From the NCBI GenBank assembly GCA_934148995.1, contig CAKPDM010000001.1, forward strand, positions 4,473-68,472: 64,000 nt of DNA, given 5' to 3'. Shown one piece after another: positions 18,981 to 28,400 of this stretch. The notes under the pieces were generated by a model. It saw nothing but the letters and a program-made list of their open reading frames with translations. It was not told where the DNA came from and ran no database searches. This DNA comes from an uncultured Bacilli bacterium (GTDB taxonomy: Bacteria; Bacillota_I; Bacilli_A; RF39; UBA660). The stretch's first letter is position 1. Each line of letters starts with the position of its first letter. Position numbers and translations under genes: made by a program.

Positions 18981-20069
18981 TTATTCAATTGGTAGAGTTA
19001 CAATGAATTTAGTTTCTTCTTTATTACTTACTGCTTTTATTGTTCCGTTATGTAATTCTACTATTTCTTTAGCAATCGCTAAGCCTAAACCACTTCCTCC
19101 AGTTTTACTAGTTCTCGCATAATCTAAGCGATAAAACTTTTCAAAGATACGGTCTAGTTTCTCTTTAGGTATTTGTTTACCTTTATTAGTAACTTCTACT
19201 ATTACTTCATTATTCTTTTTAAAAGATTTTACTGTTATGTCTGTCCCGTCACTACTATAATTGATAGCATTTTTTAATAAGTTATTGAATACTCGACTTA
19301 ATTTATCAGAATCTGCTTCAATTGTTAAATTACCAGAATGAGTATATTCTATTTTTTTATTCATCTCTTTTAAGGTAGGATAAAAGTCATCAATTATCTG
19401 TTCTATCATTAAATTAAGGTCTAGTTTTTCTTTTTCTAAGATTATTTTCTCAGAGTTAAATCTTGCAACGTCAAATAATTCATTGATTAGTTCTTCTAGT
19501 CGATATGATTTTTCTAAAGCTATCTTGATATATTTTTCTCTTCTTTTTTGATTCATATCATCTATTTCATCTAGTAAAGATAAGTAACCAATCATTGAAG
19601 TAAGGGGTGTTTTTATATCGTGAGCTAGATATACTATCAGCTCATCTTTCTTTTGTTCATTTTCTCTTGCTATCTTTTCATTCTTTAAGTATTCACTTTT
19701 AAGGTGATTTAATTTTCGCTCTAACGGTGCTAGTTCATCTGGTAAAATTACATCTTCTTCGCTACTAAATAATTTGTCAGCTGTATCTGATATAGAACTT
19801 ATATAGGTGGACATTTTTTTCATACTTTTATATGATTCGAGTAAGATAATAACTATTATTAGTACTACCCAGAATAGTGGTGAAGCAATTAATCTAGATA
19901 TAGCAGATAAGTTATTATATAAGGTAGAGTTTTTATCATATAACCACTGAAAATCAAAGAAACCAACTAATATATTAATAGCAAGTAAAGAAAGAAATGC
20001 TATTATGGAAGACGTAAAAGCTTTTCTAAAGAAGTTATTATATATTTCTTTAACTAGTTTATCTTTCAT
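18981..20069 (-). CDS. Sensor histidine kinase, VanS-like
   Basis: Two N-terminal TM segments, H-box LAHDIKTPLTSMIGYLSLL, N/G boxes (NLLKNAINYS, GGSGLGLAIAKEIV). Confidence 0.85.
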   Translation of the reverse strand: MKDKLVKEIYNNFFRKAFTSSIIAFLSLLAINILVGFFDFQWLYDKNSTLYNNLSAISRLIASPLFWVVLIIVIILLESYKSMKKMSTYISSISDTADKLFSSEEDVILPDELAPLERKLNHLKSEYLKNEKIARENEQKKDELIVYLAHDIKTPLTSMIGYLSLLDEIDDMNQKRREKYIKIALEKSYRLEELINELFDVARFNSEKIILEKEKLDLNLMIEQIIDDFYPTLKEMNKKIEYTHSGNLTIEADSDKLSRVFNNLLKNAINYSSDGTDITVKSFKKNNEVIVEVTNKGKQIPKEKLDRIFEKFYRLDYARTSKTGGSGLGLAIAKEIVELHNGTIKAVSNKEETKFIVTLPIE

Positions 20070-20075
20070 TCTTTA

Positions 20076-20765
20076 TCACTCCTCTATCTTGTAACCCACT
20101 CCATAAATAGTTTTTATATATTTAGGTTTTCTACCAATGTCGTTCATTTTTTCTCGTAGATGTCTAATGTGAACCATTATCGTATTGTTATCTTTTTCAA
20201 AGTATTTTTCTTTCCACACACTAGCAAATAAGTCATCACTTTTTACTACTTTGCCACGATTTTCACATAGTAACCACATAATAGCAAACTCTGTTTTGGT
20301 AAGTTCTATTTTTTGTTCATTAAAGTAAAATTCATGTGTCTTATTATTAATAACTATTTCTCTAAAGTCTATTTGTTCTTCATCTTCTATTTTTTGATTA
20401 TAGTTTTTATATCTTCTTAATTGTGCTTTAACTCTAGCTATCAATTCTAAAGGTTGAAATGGTTTAGTTACATAATCATCTGCTCCCATACTTAAACCAT
20501 TAATTTTATCTATATCTTCTACTTTAGCAGTTGCAAAGATGATAGGAAAGTTATAGTTTTTTCTTATCTTATTACATAGTTCTAAGCCATTTATCTCCGG
20601 CATCATTATATCTAAAATAGCTAAATCTATTTTCAACTCATCGATATTTTCTAAAACCTTTCTACTAGAGTAATATTTATAAACTTTATAGTTCTCGTTC
20701 TTCAAATATATTTCTAATAAATCAGCTATTTCCTTTTCATCATCTACTATTAATATGTTATCCAT
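20076..20765 (-). CDS. OmpR-family response regulator, VanR-like
   Basis: ILIVDDE receiver domain and a winged-helix C-terminus (YIKTIYGVGYKIE). The start at 20765 follows AAGAGGAG. Confidence 0.85.
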   Translation of the reverse strand: MDNILIVDDEKEIADLLEIYLKNENYKVYKYYSSRKVLENIDELKIDLAILDIMMPEINGLELCNKIRKNYNFPIIFATAKVEDIDKINGLSMGADDYVTKPFQPLELIARVKAQLRRYKNYNQKIEDEEQIDFREIVINNKTHEFYFNEQKIELTKTEFAIMWLLCENRGKVVKSDDLFASVWKEKYFEKDNNTIMVHIRHLREKMNDIGRKPKYIKTIYGVGYKIEE

Positions 20766-20940
20766 TATGTTACGCTCCTCTTTTTGATTATAGCATAGCA
20801 TTTTCTAGGCAAATCTTAATTTTTCCTTAAGAATTAATTAATTATATTTTCTAAATGAGTAATATTTCTATAATTCATAAAGACATTTACAATTTCACTT
20901 TATAAAGTATGGCAATAATTTCTTTTAAAAAATATAGATA

Positions 20941-20977
20941 TTGAAGCATTTTTAATATTATGATAAGATTATTTTGA
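20941..20977 (+). promoter_or_regulatory. CRISPR leader promoter and leader-repeat junction
   Basis: TTGAAG (20941-20946) - 17 nt - TAAGAT (20964-20969). The leader ends ATTTTGAG immediately before repeat 1. Confidence 0.55.
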
Positions 20978-22265
20978 GTTACAGGACCCTGTAGATTTTT
21001 AGTAATGTATAACGAAGTTTCGTTTTCTAGCAACTTATCGAATGTTACAGGACCCTGTAGATTTTTAGTAATGTATAACTATACAAGCATATATTGAAAC
21101 TGAAAAGGGGTTACAGGACCCTGTAGATTTTTAGTAATGTATAACTGCTAGTTCTGGCGGTACAAAAGAAAGACCGTTACAGGACCCTGTAGATTTTTAG
21201 TAATGTATAACGACAACTCTTCAAATTGACTTTTAAAATTAGTTACAGGACCCTGTAGATTTTTAGTAATGTATAACCACTAGTATCATTTAATGAATTT
21301 AAAGAGTGTTACAGGACCCTGTAGATTTTTAGTAATGTATAACGACAACTCTTCAAATTGACTTTTAAAATTAGTTACAGGACCCTGTAGATTTTTAGTA
21401 ATGTATAACCACTAGTATCATTTAATGAATTTAAAGAGTGTTACAGGACCCTGTAGATTTTTAGTAATGTATAACAAATCTCTATTCATTAAAGCTGTAT
21501 TATCAGTTACAGGACCCTGTAGATTTTTAGTAATGTATAACTTACTATCTTTTAAATACTCTTCTTCATCAGTTACAGGACCCTGTAGATTTTTAGTAAT
21601 GTATAACTAGATTTGCCAAGGAAGTTGAAGGAGCCGAGTTACAGGACCCTGTAGATTTTTAGTAATGTATAACCTTTCCCTTGTAATTGTAAAATATCAA
21701 TAGTTACAGGACCCTGTAGATTTTTAGTAATGTATAACAAGTAGATTAGTTCCAATGCAAGAAGTGGTGTTACAGGACCCTGTAGATTTTTAGTAATGTA
21801 TAACACGCCGTCTGATGAAACCGTTATTGGTTTTGTTACAGGACCCTGTAGATTTTTAGTAATGTATAACTAATTTAGGTGAACATACTGGTAGTATTTA
21901 GTTACAGGACCCTGTAGATTTTTAGTAATGTATAACTTAAAGGTATCATTTTATATTTTATTAGGTGTTACAGGACCCTGTAGATTTTTAGTAATGTATA
22001 ACAAACTCTTTTTCATAAACTACTCCACTTTCGTTACAGGACCCTGTAGATTTTTAGTAATGTATAACAAATCACTAAAATTAAACTCTAAACCACTGTT
22101 ACAGGACCCTGTAGATTTTTAGTAATGTATAACTATACAAGCATATATTGAAACTGACAAAGGGTTACAGGACCCTGTAGATTTTTAGTAATGTATAACT
22201 AAAATGAAATTTTTTAAAATAAGAAAGAAGTTACAGGACCCTGTAGATTTTTAGTAATGTATAAG
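20978..22265 (+). CRISPR. CRISPR array: 20 x 36-nt repeats, 19 spacers (17 of 30 nt, 2 of 29 nt)
   Basis: Repeat GTTACAGGACCCTGTAGATTTTTAGTAATGTATAAC. Repeats start at 20978, 21044, 21110 ... 22230. The last repeat ends ...TATAAG. Spacers 4/5 are exactly repeated as 6/7; spacers 2 and 18 are near-identical. Confidence 0.98.
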
Positions 22266-22294
22266 TTTTTTGATACAATAAAAAGGCCATGTTC

Positions 22295-22681
22295 TTATGA
22301 CTTTAAAATTTTAAATATTTCATCTAATTCTTTGCTATAAACCGAAAACAACCTTATACAGTCATTCGGTGTTCCCCGATGCACGTGAGTTTTATAATAG
22401 TCGGATGTTATTATCTTATTTCTTGTTAAATCAATAAGTTTGTATAAGCATAACTTAGCCTTTTCTATTTCTTTTTCACTGTACTCAATACTATATTCTG
22501 AATCTATTGTAATATCTTCAATACTATTTATATCTGGATAATTTTGATTTAAATCAAGTAAACGTCTTTTTTCTTCCCTAGAGATACTTCCTACGTACCT
22601 AGCATAACCAATAATGCTATAAGGTATTTCATCTATCATCAGTCTTCTTACTTTTTCATTGTCCATTAGCGATTCACTCAT
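22295..22681 (-). CDS. Hypothetical 128-aa protein inside the CRISPR-Cas locus
   Basis: The likely start MSESLMDNEK at 22681 follows AAGGAA; the ORF track starts at 22690. I recognise no motif. It is convergent with array transcription. Confidence 0.5.
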   Translation of the reverse strand: MSESLMDNEKVRRLMIDEIPYSIIGYARYVGSISREEKRRLLDLNQNYPDINSIEDITIDSEYSIEYSEKEIEKAKLCLYKLIDLTRNKIITSDYYKTHVHRGTPNDCIRLFSVYSKELDEIFKILKS

Positions 22682-22883
22682 TGTTATCATTTCCTTACAT
22701 TTAGTATACTTCTATTAATTATAACGTATACATCTTTCTCATTATCTATTGTATCATCATCTTCCAATAATGCTGCTACATAACTGTAATATTTTTTCAG
22801 CAGTTCAAAACTTCCAGACCTATATTTCCCTGCTACTATTTTTCTTTTAGGTTTATTATCATTTCTACTATGTTTTCTTCATC

Positions 22884-22919
22884 TATAAAGTATTCTGTAA
22901 ATTTTTGGTAATCTATAAC
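22884..22919 (+). repeat. Orphan degenerate CRISPR repeat
   Basis: TATAAAGTATTCTGTAAATTTTTGGTAATCTATAAC matches the repeat at 27 of 36 positions, ungapped. It lies 619 bp past the last array repeat. Confidence 0.6.
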
Positions 22920-22933
22920 AGATTTGATATAAT
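22905..22933 (+). promoter_or_regulatory. Putative csn2-like gene promoter
   Basis: TTGGTA (22905-22910, inside the degenerate repeat) - 17 nt - TATAAT (22928-22933), with an extended TG at 22925-22926. Confidence 0.45.
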
Positions 22934-23023
22934 AAAATAGAAAAATCATGTTAGAGAAATCCGTAAATTTTATTAACACAATATCCAAATGAAAATAATC
23001 ATAATTATAGAATAGGAGATAAT

Positions 23024-24076
23024 ATGGAAATTGTTACAATATTTGATAATAAGGAAGTCAAATTCAACTTAAACAATAACGTAATGTTTTGTGGAAAAAA
23101 TACTACAAATAAAAATAAATTCATTAGTGAATTAACTAATAAATTATTAAAAAATAGTAAAGGATTAGCAATAAATGGAAAACAATTTGATAGTAATGAC
23201 TATAACATAATAAATATTGATGAAAATACTGACTTTAGTAGTGAATTTAAATTTACAAAAAATAATACCTTAAAACAACTAATATATGATGACATAGAAA
23301 AGAAAATTGATGAAAAAAAGATTATAGATTGCACTAATGAAATATTTGATGTAATTGATGATAAAGTTAATAGTTTATTAAATAGAAAGATTAATAAAAA
23401 GAGTGATAACAATATTTCATTTCAAATTGAAATTCCAAACATGTATTCAATAATTGATAAATTTACCAATATTTATATTGATGACATTTTACTAAGTGAT
23501 AAAGAAATATCAAAATCTATGAAACGAAAGTTACTCTATCAGTTATACTTTTTAGATATTAAATCTTTAGTAGAAAAACCGACTATTGTCATAATTAATA
23601 ACTTTGATGTTTATCTAAATAGTGATGAGATTATTTCAGTTTTAAACAGTATTAATAATCTATCTAATGATAATTGTCACTTTATAATAAGTAGTTGTAA
23701 TAATATTTTTGAATATTTAGATATAAACAATTTTAGTGTTTACAAAATATCAAATGAGATAATATCAATTAATAAAATAGATAAGGCTATTAAAAATTTT
23801 CTAATTAAAGAAGAATATAATCAAAAAAATATAAATACTTCATTTGATGAGTTCTATAGTAATAATGAGGGACTAATAAGTAATACTGAAGTAAATAAAA
23901 TTAAAGAAAATATATTTACTAGAATGCCTTCAGCATTTGGAAAAATTCTTAACTCTGATAATATAAAAATAATGACAACTAAACCTAAAAATATTGTTTC
24001 TGAATATATAATTTGTGCTAATAAAAAAGATAAAAAACTTTTTGAAGAAATTGTTCAAGAATTTATTGACCATTAA
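23024..24076 (+). CDS. csn2: Csn2-like protein, long (~350 aa) form with degenerate P-loop
   Basis: 350 aa, AGGAGA Shine-Dalgarno. N-terminal VMFCGKNTTNKNKF (decayed Walker-A-like) and PTIVIINNFDVYLNSDEI (Walker-B-like strand) parallel what I recall of the S. thermophilus long Csn2. It is located in a type II locus. Not verified by a profile search. Confidence 0.5.
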   Translation: MEIVTIFDNKEVKFNLNNNVMFCGKNTTNKNKFISELTNKLLKNSKGLAINGKQFDSNDYNIINIDENTDFSSEFKFTKNNTLKQLIYDDIEKKIDEKKIIDCTNEIFDVIDDKVNSLLNRKINKKSDNNISFQIEIPNMYSIIDKFTNIYIDDILLSDKEISKSMKRKLLYQLYFLDIKSLVEKPTIVIINNFDVYLNSDEIISVLNSINNLSNDNCHFIISSCNNIFEYLDINNFSVYKISNEIISINKIDKAIKNFLIKEEYNQKNINTSFDEFYSNNEGLISNTEVNKIKENIFTRMPSAFGKILNSDNIKIMTTKPKNIVSEYIICANKKDKKLFEEIVQEFIDH

Positions 24077-24095
24077 TAAAAAATGTAGTAAGATT
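24067..24095 (+). promoter_or_regulatory. tracrRNA promoter
   Basis: TTGACC (24067-24072) - 17 nt - TAAGAT (24090-24095). It overlaps the csn2-like stop codon. Confidence 0.55.
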
Positions 24096-24101
24096 AAATT
24101 G

Positions 24102-24217
24102 TCCTGAGAAGGACATACATTACTAAAAATTTACAGGTTTCTGTAATAAGGCACAACGGCCTTAGGTTTGATCTAACCTTAAAGATCACAAAGCAGGTTA
24201 ACTCCTGCTTTTTTTGT
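24102..24217 (+). ncRNA. tracrRNA
   Basis: The anti-repeat at 24113-24148 matches the reverse complement of the repeat at 30 of 36 positions; 3 of the 6 mismatches are G:U-compatible. AAGGC/GCCTT nexus-like stem at 24149-24164, further hairpins, and terminator AGCAGG-TTAACT-CCTGCT plus T7 (24193-24217). Confidence 0.8.
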
Positions 24218-24250
24218 ATCTAAAAAGAAATAGTATTTTTCTATTTCTTA

Positions 24251-24571
24251 TCATTCAAAAACTAACAAATTTTCTATAGATATATCTTCTTCCACACTTT
24301 TTTCACCTGAAAACATTATCATGTTGTTATATTGATTTTCAGTCACTTGTAAAAGCCTTATATTTCCACTTTTAGGAGCATTTATTTTTAATCTATTAAT
24401 ATGTTTATTTAAATCATCATTGTTCTTACAAATTCTTGAATAAACTGAAAATTGCATCATTATAAAGCCATCATCTAATAAATATTTTCTAAATTTAGTT
24501 GCTATCTTTTTTTCTTTCTCTGTTACCATCGGCAAATCAAACATTACAATTATTCTCATAAATTTACTCAT
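24251..24571 (-). CDS. cas2: CRISPR-associated endoribonuclease Cas2
   Basis: 106 aa. MRIIVMFDLP ... QFSVYSRI ferredoxin-fold Cas2 pattern. Overlaps the cas1 stop. Confidence 0.9.
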   Translation of the reverse strand: MSKFMRIIVMFDLPMVTEKEKKIATKFRKYLLDDGFIMMQFSVYSRICKNNDDLNKHINRLKINAPKSGNIRLLQVTENQYNNMIMFSGEKSVEEDISIENLLVFE

Positions 24572-25463
24572 ATATTATTGTTGGCAAATCTAATTTTGCC
24601 TCTCCAGTAGAAAATGATTTTATGTAGCTTTTTATTAACAGACCTATACTATATTCAACAGTATATTTTTTATCATTATGACTAACCTCTTTATTTAATA
24701 AATTAATTAGTTCTTTTCTAAAGTTAAAAGACAAAGGATATACTATTTTATTTCTGTTATCATAAACAAATTTATCTACAACACTTCGGTATGGTTCTAA
24801 GAAATCATAAGCTAAATTAAAATTATTAATTTTTGAATTATGATGAATTCCTAGATAAGTGTTAAGTCCAAATACAGATAGATTTCTAATTATAGCACTT
24901 GCAAATATAGTATAACCATAGTTTAAAGCAGCGTTTATACTGTCATCATAAAATCTGATGAATTTACTTCCAAATAAACTTCTAAAATAGATTTTAGCAG
25001 CTAATCCTTCTCTATTCTTGATATCACCATCAATAATTTCAGAGGTATAATCATTAAGTTTAGAGATTGGAAATTCTTCCTTTGAAGTCATTTCCAAAAC
25101 TCTAATACTATTCTCTAATTTTTTCTTTACAATTTGGTTCCAAAATTCTTTCTTAACTTCATCTTGAACTTCTAATTGGTGTGAAAAAACATCTAGTTGT
25201 TTAAAATGATAATTATATGGATACATAATTGAAGTTGGAAAAAACTTCTCATCACAAATAATAACTGAAATAGCATTCTTTCCAAACTCTGCTAGTAACC
25301 TAGTAGTTAATAAAGTGGTAGCATCTTCAATTAAAACATAATTAATATCTTCTAATGGAACCTTTGAAATATTTTCATCTTTTTTTATCATCAGTTGGTT
25401 ATCTTGAAAATATAATTTTTCACTTTTCTTAATAACGACTTGTCTATACCCCACTAATTTCAC
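24564..25463 (-). CDS. cas1: CRISPR-associated integrase Cas1 (type II)
   Basis: 299 aa. Conserved NAALNYGY and IHH...LAYDFLEPYR acidic/His catalytic blocks. Confidence 0.92.
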   Translation of the reverse strand: MKLVGYRQVVIKKSEKLYFQDNQLMIKKDENISKVPLEDINYVLIEDATTLLTTRLLAEFGKNAISVIICDEKFFPTSIMYPYNYHFKQLDVFSHQLEVQDEVKKEFWNQIVKKKLENSIRVLEMTSKEEFPISKLNDYTSEIIDGDIKNREGLAAKIYFRSLFGSKFIRFYDDSINAALNYGYTIFASAIIRNLSVFGLNTYLGIHHNSKINNFNLAYDFLEPYRSVVDKFVYDNRNKIVYPLSFNFRKELINLLNKEVSHNDKKYTVEYSIGLLIKSYIKSFSTGEAKLDLPTIIYE

Positions 25464-28400
25464 CCAAAATATTAATAGAAAGCTTTTGAATAGAACTAAT
25501 AGTAGAAACGGTTATTTGATATTGTGTTCGAACTTTTGAAAAAATATTACTATTTCCAATTATGTCGTAACCATCTCCAAGTTTACTTTTAACTTCAAAC
25601 ATACCACTTGAGCATCCTACTACATAAGCTATACTTTCTCTTCCATCAGTAGTAATTACTTTAATTAAGTCGTTTTTATATAAACTCATATATAAGTTAT
25701 AACTATTCAACACTTCACTATATGGTAAAATTTTATTATTTTTTCCTTGACCATATTCTAGTTTAATTGTGAATTCTTTACTAGAATTGTTTTTATTTTG
25801 ATATTCTTTTATCTTTTCTATTTCAAACACATCATATGCTGCAAAATATAGTTTATTATCACTTTCATTATTTGATTTAAAAATATCAATTCTATAAATT
25901 CCACCTTTTTCAACATTAGCATTATTAAGTGTATGTCCAGTATTATTAAATTCTGAATATACTTTAATTCTTTTTATTGCTTTTTGTTCTTTATCATTTG
26001 GATTAATTGGATATTTTCCATCATGTTTTTTTAAAGCTTCTGCACCATCTTTACAATCTCCAAACCACTCTACTAAAGTATTAAAAATGTCTTTTGAACC
26101 ATTCTCATGGTCTGGCATTTTATCCAAATCACTTCGTTTAACATTTTCTATAGGTGTTCTCAATGTTTTATAAGTTACTTTTTCATCATTATTTTCTATA
26201 GTTTTCATACCATAATATTTCTCTTTGTGCATTGCACCTGATATCTTTGGTTTTGCTAGTGATGGAGTTAGTGTATGTACCTTTTCTAGTTCTTCATTGG
26301 TATATGTTCCATGTACTTTCAAATTCCATTTTAGTATTTCAATATCTTGTTCATATACTCTTTCTTTAGCTTCTTCTACAAAATTGTCATATGGTAAAGG
26401 AAATTTTAATGTACTAACACCATATTTTGAAAAGTAAATATTATCATGAGCTTCTTGTTCTTTTAAATATTCTTTAAATTCTGTTTCTTTTAATACACCA
26501 TCTTCATCAAAAAATCTAGCTATTTCGTCATCGACATCTTTAATCTTTATTTCATTTAACTTATTTTTAGCAATACCATCAATATATCTACTAAATTTTT
26601 CATAAAGCGTTACTTTTTGTTCCAAGGACTTAGTGATAGATGCTATAACAAGCGCATCCATAGCATGATGAAGATGATTATCTCTATCTTTATTTATATC
26701 TGTCTTCATATCATCTGGCATAATGTAAGTCTTAGAAATATAACTATGTGTAAGTCTATTAAATCCCCATCTTGCCCTAAGTTTAGCAGTTATAGCACCT
26801 GGATAAACATTAACTTTTGGTACATTTAAATGTGCTTTTATTAAACTAGCAAGTTCTCTACTTATATATTTTGTATCATTTAAATTTTGATTTCTCATTT
26901 CTCTTTCGGTTTCTAAGTCTAACTTAGTTAATAAATAATTATCTTTTTTATTTTGAGAAATAGCTAAACTGTTAATAAAGCTTTCATATTGACTCCATTT
27001 TGGAGTATTACCAAACCATTCATAAGGTGTTTTATTTCCTTTATCTTGATTATATTTAGTATAAACCAATGTTTTATTTAAATAATTATCATTATAAGTT
27101 CTAGAATATGGCAAAATATGATCAATTTGAACAATATTATTAGTAAATAATTCTTCAAATTTTATCTTTTCCATACTATATCCACAAAATTCATTTTGTT
27201 CTTTCCATAATTTATATTTCAATAAATCATTACTACTAATCTTATTAACATCAGTAAAAGGTCCTTCTTCTACTAAAAATTTACGAATTTTTTCATTTTC
27301 AGCTTTTCTTTTTAGTTGTGACTTCTCTATTTCTTTTCGTTCATCTTTTGTTCTAGCTAAGTCTCTTGCTGTTTCAATATTAATTATTTTTGGCATACCA
27401 TATTTTTTTATAATTGCATTAAGCACTTTTCTAGTTTGAGTAAGTGATCTAATTACTCTTTGATTTCTAATATTTTCATCTACATATATTGGAACCAATA
27501 AGTTTTTCTTTTCTATATTTTTTGACACATTTGAATGGTCAATATTGATACTTTCCATTGCCTTATCATAAGTAATTCCTTGCATCATTAAAGGAATTAA
27601 ATCTCTTATAATATCAGTAGATAACATTAAATGTTCCTTAAAATTAGGTAATTTTTCTACAAAATTAATGTCATCAAATTTAGCATCAATAATTTCCGAT
27701 TCTTTAATTTTTGTTTGAATATCTTCGTTTATTTTATAGTTTGTACAGTAAAGTGCTAATTCATCTAAAAATTCAATATTATCTTTTACTTCATTCCATA
27801 TTTTCTTGTTATAAGATGATAATATTGCATTTTTTAACGTATGATATCCTTCTAATTCTATCAATTTTCTAGAAAATAATTTATCATTATAAAATTTTTC
27901 ATAAGGACCTCGTTTACTTTCATCTAAAGAGTAAATATCAACTTTTTCTTCTTTTGGAATACTTAAATACTTTTTGTACTTTTCTATTACTTTTATATAT
28001 TCGTCTTTAGTTAAGCTTAAATTCTTTATTGTAACATCATTAGTACCTAATATCTTAACAAGATATTTATAAGTTACGGTTTGTTTTTCTTTAGCAGTGT
28101 TAATAATCCTTGCTATTTCTTCAGGTGTTAATGATTGATAATTCCCATCACCAATCTTATATCGCAAATTTACTAATTTAGATAAAGCAACAAATAGTTC
28201 AGATGAAAATGCATATTTTGGAGCTCTTGGTTTATGATCAAATGCACAATTGCCAACCATTTTTTTAATTAAATCTCCACCATATTTAGATCTACGTTCT
28301 AATCTATTTCCATTTTCATCATATTCATAATATTTTCCTGGTCCTTCAGAATAATGTCTTCTAGAGCTATATATTTTTAAATATTCTTCTTTAAACTTAT

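Noticed and set aside
21425-22122. ORF-track entries 21425-21610 and 21928-22122 (plus strand)
   Set aside because: They are translations of the CRISPR array; the peptide VTGPCRFLVMYN repeats once per repeat unit. They are not genes.
20978-22265. Repeat-embedded promoters as in type II-C arrays; the repeat 3' end ...AATGTATAAC resembles an extended -10
   Set aside because: The TG abuts TATAAC without the 1-nt gap of the TGnTATAAT consensus. The hexamer ends in C, and a good leader promoter already exists. This remains possible but is not supported by sequence alone; dRNA-seq would settle it.
22296-22342. A further degenerate repeat directly after the terminal repeat, ending ...GCTATAAAC
   Set aside because: Only the last few bases resemble the repeat and the rest does not align. 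The segment is the 3' end of the 128-aa ORF.
24102-24217. The alternative that the tracrRNA and crRNAs are transcribed from the minus strand, co-directional with cas9
   Set aside because: The minus strand has no promoter-like sequence and no U-tailed terminator after the anti-repeat. The plus strand has a -35/-10 promoter, a nexus-like AAGGC stem 3' of the anti-repeat, and a strong terminator. The degenerate terminal repeat and the leader promoter also fit plus-strand transcription.
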